Source: Bacteroidota bacterium (GTDB lineage Bacteria; Bacteroidota; Bacteroidia; Bacteroidales; FEN-979). From it: DNA of 59,907 nt. Shown here piece after piece: positions 45,102 to 53,578 of this stretch (position 1 is the stretch's first letter; each line of letters starts with the position of its first letter). The stretch lies in contig JAPLDG010000338.1 of the NCBI GenBank assembly GCA_026391845.1, positions 1 to 59,907 of the forward strand, given 5' to 3'. Both the position numbers and the translations under genes were made by a program. A model generated the notes under the pieces. It was given only the letters and a program-made list of their open reading frames with translations, did not search any database and was not told the DNA's origin.

Positions 45102-45407
45102 ATGAAAACGTTAATCCCATTCAATGGAATCCTGATCATTCTCATCCTGTTTGCCACGCTCCTGATCCTGCCGGGATGCTCCAACAGGGAAGTTGTCACC
45201 GAATGCCTCAAAGGCCATACCTATGGATTCTGGGGTGGCCTTTGGCATGGGATCATTGCCCCCATCGACCTGATTGCGATGCTTTGGCGGGATGATGTCT
45301 CGGTCTTTGCCCCGAATAATAATGGAATCTGGTACGCCTTTGGATTTGTTTTAGGCAGTGGTGGATGGGGATTTCTCGGAGGTCACGGAGCTTCAAAGAG
45401 CCACTGA
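45102..45407 (+). CDS. Small lipoprotein with a glycine-zipper C-terminus
   Basis: Lipobox LLILPGC after a hydrophobic segment when started at the M at 45102. GFVLGSGGWGFLGGHG tail. The 50-codon upstream extension in the ORF track has no supporting features. Confidence 0.5.
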   Translation: MKTLIPFNGILIILILFATLLILPGCSNREVVTECLKGHTYGFWGGLWHGIIAPIDLIAMLWRDDVSVFAPNNNGIWYAFGFVLGSGGWGFLGGHGASKSH

Positions 45408-45590
45408 TTAACAGACTGCATGACCGATCCGACCAATTCAAATGTCAAGTATTATGAGAACCAGAATGGAGGGTTAGCAAGAACCAAAGAGACTTAAAAG
45501 CCTCAATTTCCTTCCTTTCGGCAAATTCCAGCGTTCATGTTATTTGGTTCAATTTCGTGCCTATATTAGCGACCTCATTCAAAAAACAAT

Positions 45591-45812
45591 ATGAATAAAC
45601 GATCTTTAAAAGTTACTGATCTCGATTTCTCAGTACGATGTTTGAATACATTGAAAGTGAATAACATTGAATATCTGGGCGAATTGACACAATATTCACT
45701 CTTAGATCTGGCTAACTTCAAAGGTATGAGCAGGACGACTATCTATAAGATCATTAAAATGCTCGAAGACAACGATTTATCATTACATGAAGAGGCATCT
45801 GGTACTTCGTAA
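45591..45812 (+). CDS. Stand-alone RNA polymerase alpha-subunit C-terminal-domain (alpha-CTD)-like protein
   Basis: LDFSVRCLNTLKVNNIEYLGELTQYSLLDLANFKGMSRTTIYKIIKMLEDNDLSL follows the alpha-CTD double helix-hairpin-helix pattern (L.LSVR..N.L......(Y/T).G.L.......L.....(G/F)G.KS..EI...L...GL.L). The protein is only 73 aa. Confidence 0.65.
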   Translation: MNKRSLKVTDLDFSVRCLNTLKVNNIEYLGELTQYSLLDLANFKGMSRTTIYKIIKMLEDNDLSLHEEASGTS

Positions 45813-45870
45813 CTCTTTTTTAAATTTCAAACTATTACGAACCTCTCATTAATCCTGAACAAATTCCAAT

Positions 45871-45908
45871 AAAAAAACCCCTGTAAGGTAGTATTTACAG
45901 GGGTTTTA
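45871..45908. terminator. Bidirectional intrinsic terminator
   Basis: AAAAAAA-CCCCTGTAA-(loop)-TTACAGGGG-TTTT. It sits between the alpha-CTD-like gene (+) and tRNA-Arg (-). Confidence 0.75.
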
Positions 45909-45921
45909 ACGATTTGATCCG

Positions 45922-45995
45922 TGACTCCGAAGGGATTCGAACCCCCAACCAACAGAACCGGAATCTGCCATTCTATCCAATTGAACTACGGAGCC
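45922..45995 (-). tRNA. tRNA-Arg (anticodon CCG)
   Basis: The minus strand reads GGCTCCGTAGTTCAATTGGATAGAATGGCAGATTCCGGTTCTGTTGGTTGGGGGTTCGAATCCCTTCGGAGTCA. It folds as a cloverleaf: 7-bp acceptor stem, D arm GTTC/GAAT, anticodon stem GCAGA/TCTGT with loop TTCCGGT, and T loop TTCGAAT. No CCA is encoded. Confidence 0.9.
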
Positions 45996-46065
45996 ATTCA
46001 GGCTGCGAAGATACAAAATTTCCGCATTAATTTTTGGCTTTTGGCTTTTGAAGTTTGAGTTTTCT

Positions 46066-46073
46066 TACCTTTG
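46066..46073 (+). promoter_or_regulatory. Candidate -7 promoter box (TACCTTTG) for fbaA
   Basis: Matches TAnnTTTG, lies 32 nt upstream of the ATG at 46106, and has TTTG repeats 15-25 nt further upstream. Confidence 0.35.
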
Positions 46074-46105
46074 ATCTTCCAAAAATTGTTAAAACCTAAT
46101 TAATC

Positions 46106-47185
46106 ATGTCAGAAAAGATAAAAGATAAAGTTGCTCCCGGTGTAGCAACAGGAAAGGCAGTACAGGAGATATTCCGCATTGCAAAGGATCAGAAATTTGC
46201 CCTCCCGGCGGTCAATGTGGTCGGATCGGATTCGGTGAATGCCGTACTGGAGGCAGCCAAAACAGTTAATTCTCCGGTGATCATTCAATTTTCCAATGGC
46301 GGGGGTGTTTTTTATGCAGGGAAATCCCTGAAGAACGAAAATGAGCGCATCGCCATCAAAGGAAGCATTGCCGGTGCTCAGCACATCCACGAAATTGCAG
46401 AGTTGTATGGCATCCCGGTGATCATCCACACGGACCATGCCGCAAAAAAGCTGCTCCCCTGGATCGACGGACTGCTGGATGCCGGGGAGAAGCATTTTGC
46501 AAAATACGGCAAACCGTTGTTCAGTTCGCACATGCTCGATCTTTCGGTTGAACCGCTGGAAGAAAATATCGAAATTTGCAAGCGCTACCTCGAGCGTATG
46601 AGCAAAATCGGGATGACCCTCGAAATTGAACTCGGAGTAACCGGCGGTGAAGAAGACGGCGTTGACAACTCAGACATCGACAGTTCGCGCCTGTATACCC
46701 AGCCCGAGCATGTGGCGCTTGCCTACGAAACCTTGTTGAGCGTGAGCCCCGACTTCACTATCGCAGCATCATTTGGCAATGTTCACGGGGTTTACAAACC
46801 CGGGAATGTCAGGCTTGAGCCGAAAATCCTGCACAACTCACAGGTTTATATCCAACAGAAATTCAATACCGCACAAAATCCTGTCAACTTTGTATTTCAC
46901 GGGGGGTCGGGTTCAGAGCCGGAAAAAATTGCTGAAGCACTGGGATATGGCGTAGTGAAAATGAACATCGATACGGATACCCAATGGGCTTTCTGGGAAG
47001 GAATTCTGAACTTCTACAAAAAAAATGAGGGATTTCTGCAAGGTCAGATCGGCAACCCGGAAGGAGACGACAAACCCAATAAAAAATTCTACGATCCACG
47101 AGTATGGCTTCGCGAAGGGCAAAAATCAATGGTTGACCGGCTGAAAATCGCCTTTGCCGACCTGAACTGTCTCGACCGGTATTAA
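46106..47185 (+). CDS. fbaA: Fructose-1,6-bisphosphate aldolase, class II
   Basis: 359 aa. Class IIA pattern: PA(V/I)NV...S.N..LEAA, HTDH, (F/H)GG(S)GS. Confidence 0.95.
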   Translation: MSEKIKDKVAPGVATGKAVQEIFRIAKDQKFALPAVNVVGSDSVNAVLEAAKTVNSPVIIQFSNGGGVFYAGKSLKNENERIAIKGSIAGAQHIHEIAELYGIPVIIHTDHAAKKLLPWIDGLLDAGEKHFAKYGKPLFSSHMLDLSVEPLEENIEICKRYLERMSKIGMTLEIELGVTGGEEDGVDNSDIDSSRLYTQPEHVALAYETLLSVSPDFTIAASFGNVHGVYKPGNVRLEPKILHNSQVYIQQKFNTAQNPVNFVFHGGSGSEPEKIAEALGYGVVKMNIDTDTQWAFWEGILNFYKKNEGFLQGQIGNPEGDDKPNKKFYDPRVWLREGQKSMVDRLKIAFADLNCLDRY

Positions 47186-48033
47186 AAACCGGTTCCCGAC
47201 ACAACGGTGTCCTGCGAATGAATACTGAGTACCGGAAACGGGGAGTGATTCACCATCTGGTGAGCATAAGGTCCAAGAAAAATGTTAGCCGTAGTGGTCT
47301 CCTGTTCGGTCATGATCGCGATCAGGTTTGCATCGATCTTTGCGGCATATTCAATGGTAGCGTCTGAAATATTTTCGCAAACGACCTGGTCTGTCTGATG
47401 TTTTATATTTTCTTCAACGAAATATTCAGCCACCTGAGCCGCGTAAATGTCCACCTTTTGCCTCATCGTCTTGAGTTTTGAGGTGTATAATTTCAGAATG
47501 AAAATCTCGGCATCATGCTTTTTGGCCATGTAGCCGGTAAAGGAAGATTTTTGCCGGGTCTCTTCCGCACTGTCAATGGGCAGTACAATCCTCTTCAGTG
47601 GCCGTTGAATGTTGATCCCTCCCCGGATGGTAATGACCGGACAGGTACTGGATGACACAATTTTGTTGGCATTGCTCCCGATCCAGAATTCTTCAAACCC
47701 TGCAGCTCCATGAGTTCCGGTAACAATCAGCATGGCTTTGACAGATTTAGCCTCCCCGGTAACCTCTTTGTAAATTTTCCCTTTTCTGATTTTCCACGAC
47801 ATGTTCACATCCGGGTGATCGGGTTGATATTTTGCGATCATATCCTCAAAGGCGTTTTGAACATCTTTTAAATGTTCAGGAGATTTGTTCTGATATTTCT
47901 CTTTCTCATTTGCCTCTTTTTCTACCCACAGCAAAATCAACTCGCCATTGCAATGCTGAGCAATGGACATTGAATGAAGAAAAGCATTGATTGAACATTC
48001 CGAAAAATCAATGGCAACAACTATTTTATTCAT
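47182..48033 (-). CDS. Universal stress protein, tandem USP domains
   Basis: Two USP modules (MNKIVVAIDFSE...VTGTHGAAGFEEFWIGSNANKIV; second ...LIAIMTEQET...GPYAHQMVNHSPFPVLSI). Confidence 0.8.
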   Translation of the reverse strand: MNKIVVAIDFSECSINAFLHSMSIAQHCNGELILLWVEKEANEKEKYQNKSPEHLKDVQNAFEDMIAKYQPDHPDVNMSWKIRKGKIYKEVTGEAKSVKAMLIVTGTHGAAGFEEFWIGSNANKIVSSSTCPVITIRGGINIQRPLKRIVLPIDSAEETRQKSSFTGYMAKKHDAEIFILKLYTSKLKTMRQKVDIYAAQVAEYFVEENIKHQTDQVVCENISDATIEYAAKIDANLIAIMTEQETTTANIFLGPYAHQMVNHSPFPVLSIHSQDTVVSGTGF

Positions 48034-48048
48034 AACGGCAGTTTTAAG

Positions 48049-48477
48049 TTAATCTGTGGTTGGTAAATTAATCTGGTCTGCAATAATAAATGCATTGGGA
48101 TAATCAGCTGCCAATTCTATCAGAAATCGCTGAGCGTTGAGTTTGGTCCTGAAATCGCCGATCCTGACTTTATAATTAGGCGATTTGAAGGTGAGATAAA
48201 CTCCCATCCCTGAAAACCTGGACTGAATTTCATCCCGGACCGTCTGAGCCTTGTTTTTAGAATTGTTTCCGGAATCGGAAAAAACCTGAATTCTGAATCC
48301 GTCAATGGTGTTGATAACCTGGTTGATTTGCACGTGTTTCTTCAGTAATTCATCAACTCTGGGGTCCTGAATAATTTCTATTGTACCGGTGTTCGTATTG
48401 CTTTCCTGGGCTGATACGGGATTGAGCCGGATTACCATGAAAAGCAGAAGAAAACAATATAAGCCGAGCGTTTTCAT
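48049..48477 (-). CDS. SPOR-domain (peptidoglycan-binding) protein
   Basis: Signal peptide. GFRIQVFSDSGNNSKNKAQTVRDEIQ...YKVRIGDFRTKLNAQRFL matches the SPOR pattern. Confidence 0.7.
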   Translation of the reverse strand: MKTLGLYCFLLLFMVIRLNPVSAQESNTNTGTIEIIQDPRVDELLKKHVQINQVINTIDGFRIQVFSDSGNNSKNKAQTVRDEIQSRFSGMGVYLTFKSPNYKVRIGDFRTKLNAQRFLIELAADYPNAFIIADQINLPTTD

Positions 48478-48483
48478 AATTGA

Positions 48484-49326
48484 TTATACCAAACTAAACT
48501 TTTCTTGCGGATGAATGCTTAGTACCGGGATGGGCGATTGATTGATGAGTTGCTGGGCCTGTGCCCCAAGCATGATATTCACCGGGGTTTCCTGCTCGGT
48601 CATGATGGCAATCAGATCAGCATCAACGCTTTCAGCGTATGTAAGTACTGCTTTTGTCAGGTCGTTTGCAATGATGCAGTCTTCGATCACAGTTACCTGA
48701 TGCTTCTGAAGATAAACCCGTGCTGTCTCGGCAATTTTGTCTGTAATCCGCTGAATGGATTTGAGATGGCTGTTATGCGTTATTAACAGGTGAACCTCTG
48801 AATGGAATAATGTAGCAAGTTTTACCACAAATGGTATCTTCTGCAATGTTTCGATGGATCCATCCATGGGAATAAGGATCCTCTCAATACTTTTCCGGAT
48901 GGGAAAGTCGTGCCGGACGGTGATGACAGGATTGGTTGCGCAGGTGACGATTTTGTAAGCGTTGCTGCCGATCCAGAATTCTTCATAGCCCGATATGCCG
49001 TGAGCGCCTGTCACAATCAATTCCGCCTCCGTAAGCCTGGCCATGTTATCAACTTCACGGTAAATCCTTCCCTTTTTCAGTTTAAAATCCATTGAAATCC
49101 CTTTGACAAGCTTGGCGCTGTAAGTTGCAATCAATTCTTCAAATCGCTTTTTCGCTTCATTTCTGTTTTCATTAGAGGTGTCAGGATATACAGATTCCTG
49201 AGAACTGAATTTATCAACCCAAATCAGATGAATATCCGATTTCATTTTATTGGCCACAGATATGGCATATTCCATCGCATGAATGGAGGTGTTCGAAAAA
49301 TCTACGGCGACAATAATGGGTTGCAT
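48484..49326 (-). CDS. Universal stress protein, tandem USP domains (paralogue of 47182..48033)
   Basis: MQPIIVAVDFSN...VTGAHGISGYEEFWIGSNAYKIV...LIAIMTEQETP...GAQAQQLINQSPIPVLSI. Confidence 0.8.
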   Translation of the reverse strand: MQPIIVAVDFSNTSIHAMEYAISVANKMKSDIHLIWVDKFSSQESVYPDTSNENRNEAKKRFEELIATYSAKLVKGISMDFKLKKGRIYREVDNMARLTEAELIVTGAHGISGYEEFWIGSNAYKIVTCATNPVITVRHDFPIRKSIERILIPMDGSIETLQKIPFVVKLATLFHSEVHLLITHNSHLKSIQRITDKIAETARVYLQKHQVTVIEDCIIANDLTKAVLTYAESVDADLIAIMTEQETPVNIMLGAQAQQLINQSPIPVLSIHPQEKFSLV

Positions 49327-49390
49327 GTTCTGAGAGTTAAATTAATAGCGTAAAAATAGGTAAAATTATTTACAAAAATAATTTACTTTT

Positions 49391-50422
49391 GTGAAGATGA
49401 ACGACAATCTTGACCCAACCGGTAAACTGTTAAACCCTGCTGAAAAAGAAATTGAAAGAACCTTGCGCCCCGGAGGCTTTATTGAATTTTCGGGGCAGGA
49501 AGCCATTGTTGAGAACCTTAAAATTTTCGTCCAGGCAGCCATCCGGCGCGGTGAGGCATTGGACCATGTATTGCTTCACGGCCCTCCCGGATTGGGAAAA
49601 ACAACCCTGGCACATATCATTGCAAATGAGCTGAATGTAAATATGCGTGTGACCTCAGGCCCTGTCCTTGACAAGCCGGGCGACCTGGCCGGGCTGCTCA
49701 CCGGTCTCGAACCCAATGATGTGTTGTTTATTGATGAAATCCACCGGTTATCGCCGGTTGTTGAAGAATATCTCTATTCGGCCATGGAAGATTATAAAAT
49801 CGACATCATGCTCGAAACCGGGCCGAATGCCCGCAGCATCCAGATTAAACTCAACCCTTTTACCCTTGTCGGCGCTACCACACGTTCGGGATTGCTCACA
49901 GCACCTCTTCGCTCCCGGTTTGGGATCAATTCGCGGCTTAACTACTATAAGGCGGAGATTCTCGACAAGATCATCCGTCGTTCGGCAGAAATTCTGGATG
50001 TGCCGATCAACCAGGCTGCCACGGCTGAAATTGCACGGAGGAGCCGCGGAACTCCCCGCATTGCCAACCTTTTATTGAGAAGGGTACGCGATTTCGCGCA
50101 GATCAAAGGCAACGGATCCATCGATATAGCCATCAGTCAGTACGCACTCGGAGCGCTGAATGTCGATAAAAACGGTCTGGATGAAATGGACAACAAAATT
50201 CTTGTCACCATCATCGACAAATTCAAAGGTGGTCCGGTCGGCCTGGGCACCATTGCCACGGCTGTGTCCGAAGATTCCGGCACCATTGAGGAGGTGTACG
50301 AGCCTTTCCTTATCCAGGAGGGCTATCTTATGCGAACGCCTCGCGGACGTGAAGTAACCGAGCTGGCCTACCGTCATCTCGGAAAAATAAAGACCGGTGA
50401 ACATCCCAGGTTGTTCGATTAA
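49391..50422 (+). CDS. ruvB: Holliday junction branch-migration ATPase RuvB
   Basis: LRP..(F/L).EF.GQ, Walker [10 protein letters not shown], Walker B DEIHRL, and sensor motifs. The start is either the GTG at 49391 or the ATG at 49397. A TACTTTTG box at 49384-49391 hints at a very short leader. Confidence 0.95.
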   Translation: MKMNDNLDPTGKLLNPAEKEIERTLRPGGFIEFSGQEAIVENLKIFVQAAIRRGEALDHVLLHGPPGLGKTTLAHIIANELNVNMRVTSGPVLDKPGDLAGLLTGLEPNDVLFIDEIHRLSPVVEEYLYSAMEDYKIDIMLETGPNARSIQIKLNPFTLVGATTRSGLLTAPLRSRFGINSRLNYYKAEILDKIIRRSAEILDVPINQAATAEIARRSRGTPRIANLLLRRVRDFAQIKGNGSIDIAISQYALGALNVDKNGLDEMDNKILVTIIDKFKGGPVGLGTIATAVSEDSGTIEEVYEPFLIQEGYLMRTPRGREVTELAYRHLGKIKTGEHPRLFD

Positions 50423-50434
50423 ACCATTCGGATC

Positions 50435-51340
50435 ATGAACAACCTGAAGCAGCGAATCAAGGAAGAAGCTCTTCGCCTTGGATTTTCATTTTGCGGGGTT
50501 GCACGGAACGATTCGCTCGACGAGCTGAGACCTTTCTATTCCGGCTTTATCCAAAGAAACGGTCACGCCGGCCTGAAATACCTGGAGACCAATTTTGAAA
50601 AGAGGCTGCATCCCGAACTTATCATGGAGGACGCCAAATCAGTAATTGCCCTGCTGCTGAATTACTTTCCACCGGAAATTATCCCGGAGGAGGATAACTT
50701 TATCATTTCCAAATATGCCTATGGCCGTGATTACCATGTGATTATGCGGAATCGGCTCAATGAACTCATCCAATTCATGAAACTTTCATTTGGAGACCAT
50801 TTGGCAAAAGGATTTGCAGACTCTGGCCAGGTACTTGAAAAAGCATGGGCCCAAAAATGCGGCGTCGGATGGCAGGGGAAAAATACGCTCATCATCAACC
50901 CAACAGCAGGTTCCTTCTATTTTATCGGCATTATTCTCACGGAACTGGAACTGGAGCCGGATCTGGCGGAAACCGACCATTGCGGCAACTGCACAAACTG
51001 TGTAAACGCCTGTCCCACAGGCGCACTCGACACTCCCTACCAACTCAACATTCCCCTTTGCATCTCCTACCTGACCATCGAAAGCAGGGCGGAAATCCCC
51101 GCTGATCTGAAAGGCAAACTGAATGACCGGATTTATGGATGCGATATTTGTCAGGATGTTTGTCCTTACAACCGCTTTGCCCGTCCACATCAAATTCCTG
51201 AATTTTCTCCTTCAGAACCGTTGAAAAATTTGCGAAAAAAGGAGTGGATTGACCTTACAGAACCCGATTTCAACCGGATTTTTGCAGATTCACCGGTTAA
51301 ACGAGTTGGATATCGAAGGTTTAAACGATGGATTCCTTAG
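50435..51340 (+). CDS. queG: Epoxyqueuosine reductase QueG
   Basis: Two ferredoxin-type motifs, CGNCTNCVNACP and CDICQDVCP, in the QueG arrangement. 301 aa. Confidence 0.85.
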   Translation: MNNLKQRIKEEALRLGFSFCGVARNDSLDELRPFYSGFIQRNGHAGLKYLETNFEKRLHPELIMEDAKSVIALLLNYFPPEIIPEEDNFIISKYAYGRDYHVIMRNRLNELIQFMKLSFGDHLAKGFADSGQVLEKAWAQKCGVGWQGKNTLIINPTAGSFYFIGIILTELELEPDLAETDHCGNCTNCVNACPTGALDTPYQLNIPLCISYLTIESRAEIPADLKGKLNDRIYGCDICQDVCPYNRFARPHQIPEFSPSEPLKNLRKKEWIDLTEPDFNRIFADSPVKRVGYRRFKRWIP

Positions 51341-51385
51341 AGACGCAATATATTGCGTCTCTATTGCGTCTGTTATATTGCGTTT
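51339..51385. terminator. 24-bp perfect palindrome plus direct repeats between the convergent queG and ubiX
   Basis: AGAGACGCAATA|TATTGCGTCTCT (51339-51362) overlaps the queG stop. TATTGCGT(C/T)T recurs at 51351, 51362 and 51376. Confidence 0.5.
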
Positions 51386-51399
51386 CGTATGTTGCATCT

Positions 51400-51987
51400 C
51401 TATGATGACGATCCCCAGGCAAAAGTTTCCACCTCAAATCCTGCCAGACCCAGCGCCCGGTCAACAACGGTCATGGCCAATTGTTCGATGGTTACCGGTT
51501 TGCTGTAAAAGAATGGCGATGCCGGGCAGATGATTGCGCCGGCTTCAGTAAGAAGTTTCATGTTGTTGAGATGGATGAGGCTGAAAGGGGCTTCACGGGG
51601 CACCAGGATGAGTTTTCTCCGCTCTTTCAGCATCACATCCGCGGCGCGGGTAAGCAGGTCAGAGGCTACCCCTCCTGCAATCCTGCCCAGTGTTCCCATG
51701 GTGCATGGACAAACGATCATCGCATCATATCCGGCTGAGCCGGAAGCCATGGGGGCAAAAAAGTTGTCGGGCTGGTATAATTTCATCTTCTCCAACCCAT
51801 CAGCTTTCCAAACCCCGGAAGGCTCTTCCCCAAGCTCAAACTTCCATACTGCCGTTGCGTTTTCTGAAAAAACAACGCCACAGGTCTCTATCTGATCCTG
51901 CATTGATTTCAACCTTTCCAGCAGCAATTTTCCGTAAATGGCGCCACTGGCGCCGGTAATGCCTATAATAAGCTTATGTTTTGACAT
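51400..51987 (-). CDS. ubiX: Flavin prenyltransferase UbiX
   Basis: KLIIGITGASGAIYG...CPCTMGTLGRIA.G. About 195 aa from MSKHK (51987). The ORF-track N-terminal extension translates a G/C-tract repeat element. Confidence 0.9.
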   Translation of the reverse strand: MSKHKLIIGITGASGAIYGKLLLERLKSMQDQIETCGVVFSENATAVWKFELGEEPSGVWKADGLEKMKLYQPDNFFAPMASGSAGYDAMIVCPCTMGTLGRIAGGVASDLLTRAADVMLKERRKLILVPREAPFSLIHLNNMKLLTEAGAIICPASPFFYSKPVTIEQLAMTVVDRALGLAGFEVETFAWGSSS

Positions 51988-52075
51988 TTCTTCTATTATA
52001 AAATACTGTTGAAATTTGTTTTTACATCCCTTTAGGGATTTTACATGTGTAGGAAGCAGAAACTTTTTTATAATG

Positions 52076-52125
52076 ACCTCTCCCCCTCCCTCCCCTTGAA
52101 GAAGAAGGGCCGGGGAGGGGCCATT
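52076..52125. repeat. G/C-tract hairpin element upstream of ubiX
   Basis: CCCTCCCCTT-GAAGAAGAAGGGCC-GGGGAGGGG. Shares the 11-mer CCCTCCCCTTG with 8614-8624. Confidence 0.7.
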
Positions 52126-52168
52126 CACAAACCCCCAATCGTAATTCGTAATTTATAATTCGTAATTA

Positions 52169-52789
52169 TCAGTAATCCCTGGGCTTAAAATACCAGCTCA
52201 ACGCCAGCGATAAAACATTGTTATACTGCCCGGATTCAAAAAAAATCTTTCTCTCTCCTGAAACGTGTCCATCCCTGATTGATATCAGCGAATAATTGAA
52301 CCGGAACCCGGCTTTGAGATGGTCGGTAATAAAGCAGGAAATGCCAATGATTCCAGATAAAGTTACGGATCTGTATGGTATGGTGAGATATGGAACCTCC
52401 AGCCCGTTTACTTCATCATATGTGCCAAGCAATACATCTGCCGCCGGCCCCACCTCTGCCTGAAGCCGTTTGGCGAATGTATATTGGTAAAGCAGGGGAA
52501 TTTCGAGGTAGTGCAACCGGGTGAGGTAGGTATTCCCGGTATTTGTTACCGTATCAGCGCCTTGTCTCATACCTTTCTGGATGTATTCCATCTCAAGCTG
52601 GAAAGAGGAATGGGGGGATAGCCTGAGACTGATAAAACCTCCGGCCAGGTAACCAAATTTATGGTATCCTTGCCAGGTATCTCCGTCAATCTGGCTCACG
52701 ACTCCACCTGCCAGAATCCCTCCGTTGAACACCTGGGTTAAACCGGCAAAGGGAATTGTGATCAGGATTAATAAAACAATCTTTTTCAT
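52169..52789 (-). CDS. Outer-membrane beta-barrel (porin-family/OMP_b-brl-like) protein
   Basis: Signal peptide MKKIVLLILITIPFAGLTQ. Alternating hydrophobic beta-strand pattern. C-terminal aromatic residues ...WYFKPRDY. Confidence 0.6.
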   Translation of the reverse strand: MKKIVLLILITIPFAGLTQVFNGGILAGGVVSQIDGDTWQGYHKFGYLAGGFISLRLSPHSSFQLEMEYIQKGMRQGADTVTNTGNTYLTRLHYLEIPLLYQYTFAKRLQAEVGPAADVLLGTYDEVNGLEVPYLTIPYRSVTLSGIIGISCFITDHLKAGFRFNYSLISIRDGHVSGERKIFFESGQYNNVLSLALSWYFKPRDY

Positions 52790-52888
52790 CAGGAAATTTT
52801 CAATAAAAGTACGGAAAATAGACAAGAACATAGCCGGCATGTAAAAGGATGAAGCATTGTTTTATACCTTTACACCTCCTAACAAAAC

Positions 52889-53578
52889 ATGATGGAGAAT
52901 TCAGGAATCACGATTCTGCTGGTTGACGATGAGCCCGATATCCTTGAATTTCTGGGATATAACCTCGAAAAAGAGGGTTACCGGGTGTTGAAAGCCAAAA
53001 ACGGACAAAAGGCGCTTAAACTTGCGAAAGAGCATAAGCCTCAGCTTGTTGTCCTTGATGTAATGATGCCGGTGATGGATGGCATGGAGGCCTGTACCGA
53101 AATGAGGAAGGTACCTGAACTGGCCGGCACGCTGATTGCCTTTTTAACCGCCCGGGGAGAAGATTATTCCCAGATCACCGGGTTTGAAGCCGGAGCTGAT
53201 GATTACATCACCAAACCCATTAAACCAAAATTGTTTATCAGCCGTATCCAGGCTTTGTTAAGAAGATACAAAGCGGTGCCGGAAGACAGCAACATCATTG
53301 CAGTCAAGGGATTTATCATTGATAAAAACCGTTATGTCGTGGTGAAAGACGATGTTGAGATCACCCTGGCCCGCAAGGAATTTGAATTGATTCAGTTCCT
53401 TGTATCGCGCACGGATAAAGTGGTAACACGTGAAGAAATTTTCACCCATGTATGGGGCGAAAATGTCGTCGTTGGAGACCGTACCATTGATGTCCACATC
53501 CGCCGCATCCGCGAAAAACTGGGAATCGACAGCATCAGGACCATCAAAGGAGTTGGATATAAATTCGAGGAGGGATGA
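52889..53578 (+). CDS. OmpR/PhoB-family response regulator
   Basis: Receiver domain (ILLVDDEPDI...VVLDVMMP...K) plus a winged-helix trans_reg_C domain (LARKEFELIQFL...TIDVHIRRIREKL...IRTIKGVGYKF). Confidence 0.9.
   Translation: MMENSGITILLVDDEPDILEFLGYNLEKEGYRVLKAKNGQKALKLAKEHKPQLVVLDVMMPVMDGMEACTEMRKVPELAGTLIAFLTARGEDYSQITGFEAGADDYITKPIKPKLFISRIQALLRRYKAVPEDSNIIAVKGFIIDKNRYVVVKDDVEITLARKEFELIQFLVSRTDKVVTREEIFTHVWGENVVVGDRTIDVHIRRIREKLGIDSIRTIKGVGYKFEEG

Noticed and set aside
43947-45995. Genomic island integrated at tRNA-Arg.
   Set aside because: There is no integrase or mobility gene, and I could not find a direct repeat of the tRNA 3' end at lower coordinates. The neighbouring genes are small metabolic or hypothetical genes.
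51988-52128. N-terminal ORF extensions in the six-frame track: ubiX 51988-52128, hydrogenase small subunit 39464-39526, radical SAM 55670-55750, OMP 52790-52840 and response regulator 21556-21588.
   Set aside because: In each case an internal Met begins the recognisable signal peptide or domain, and the extension runs through intergenic repeat or promoter-like sequence.
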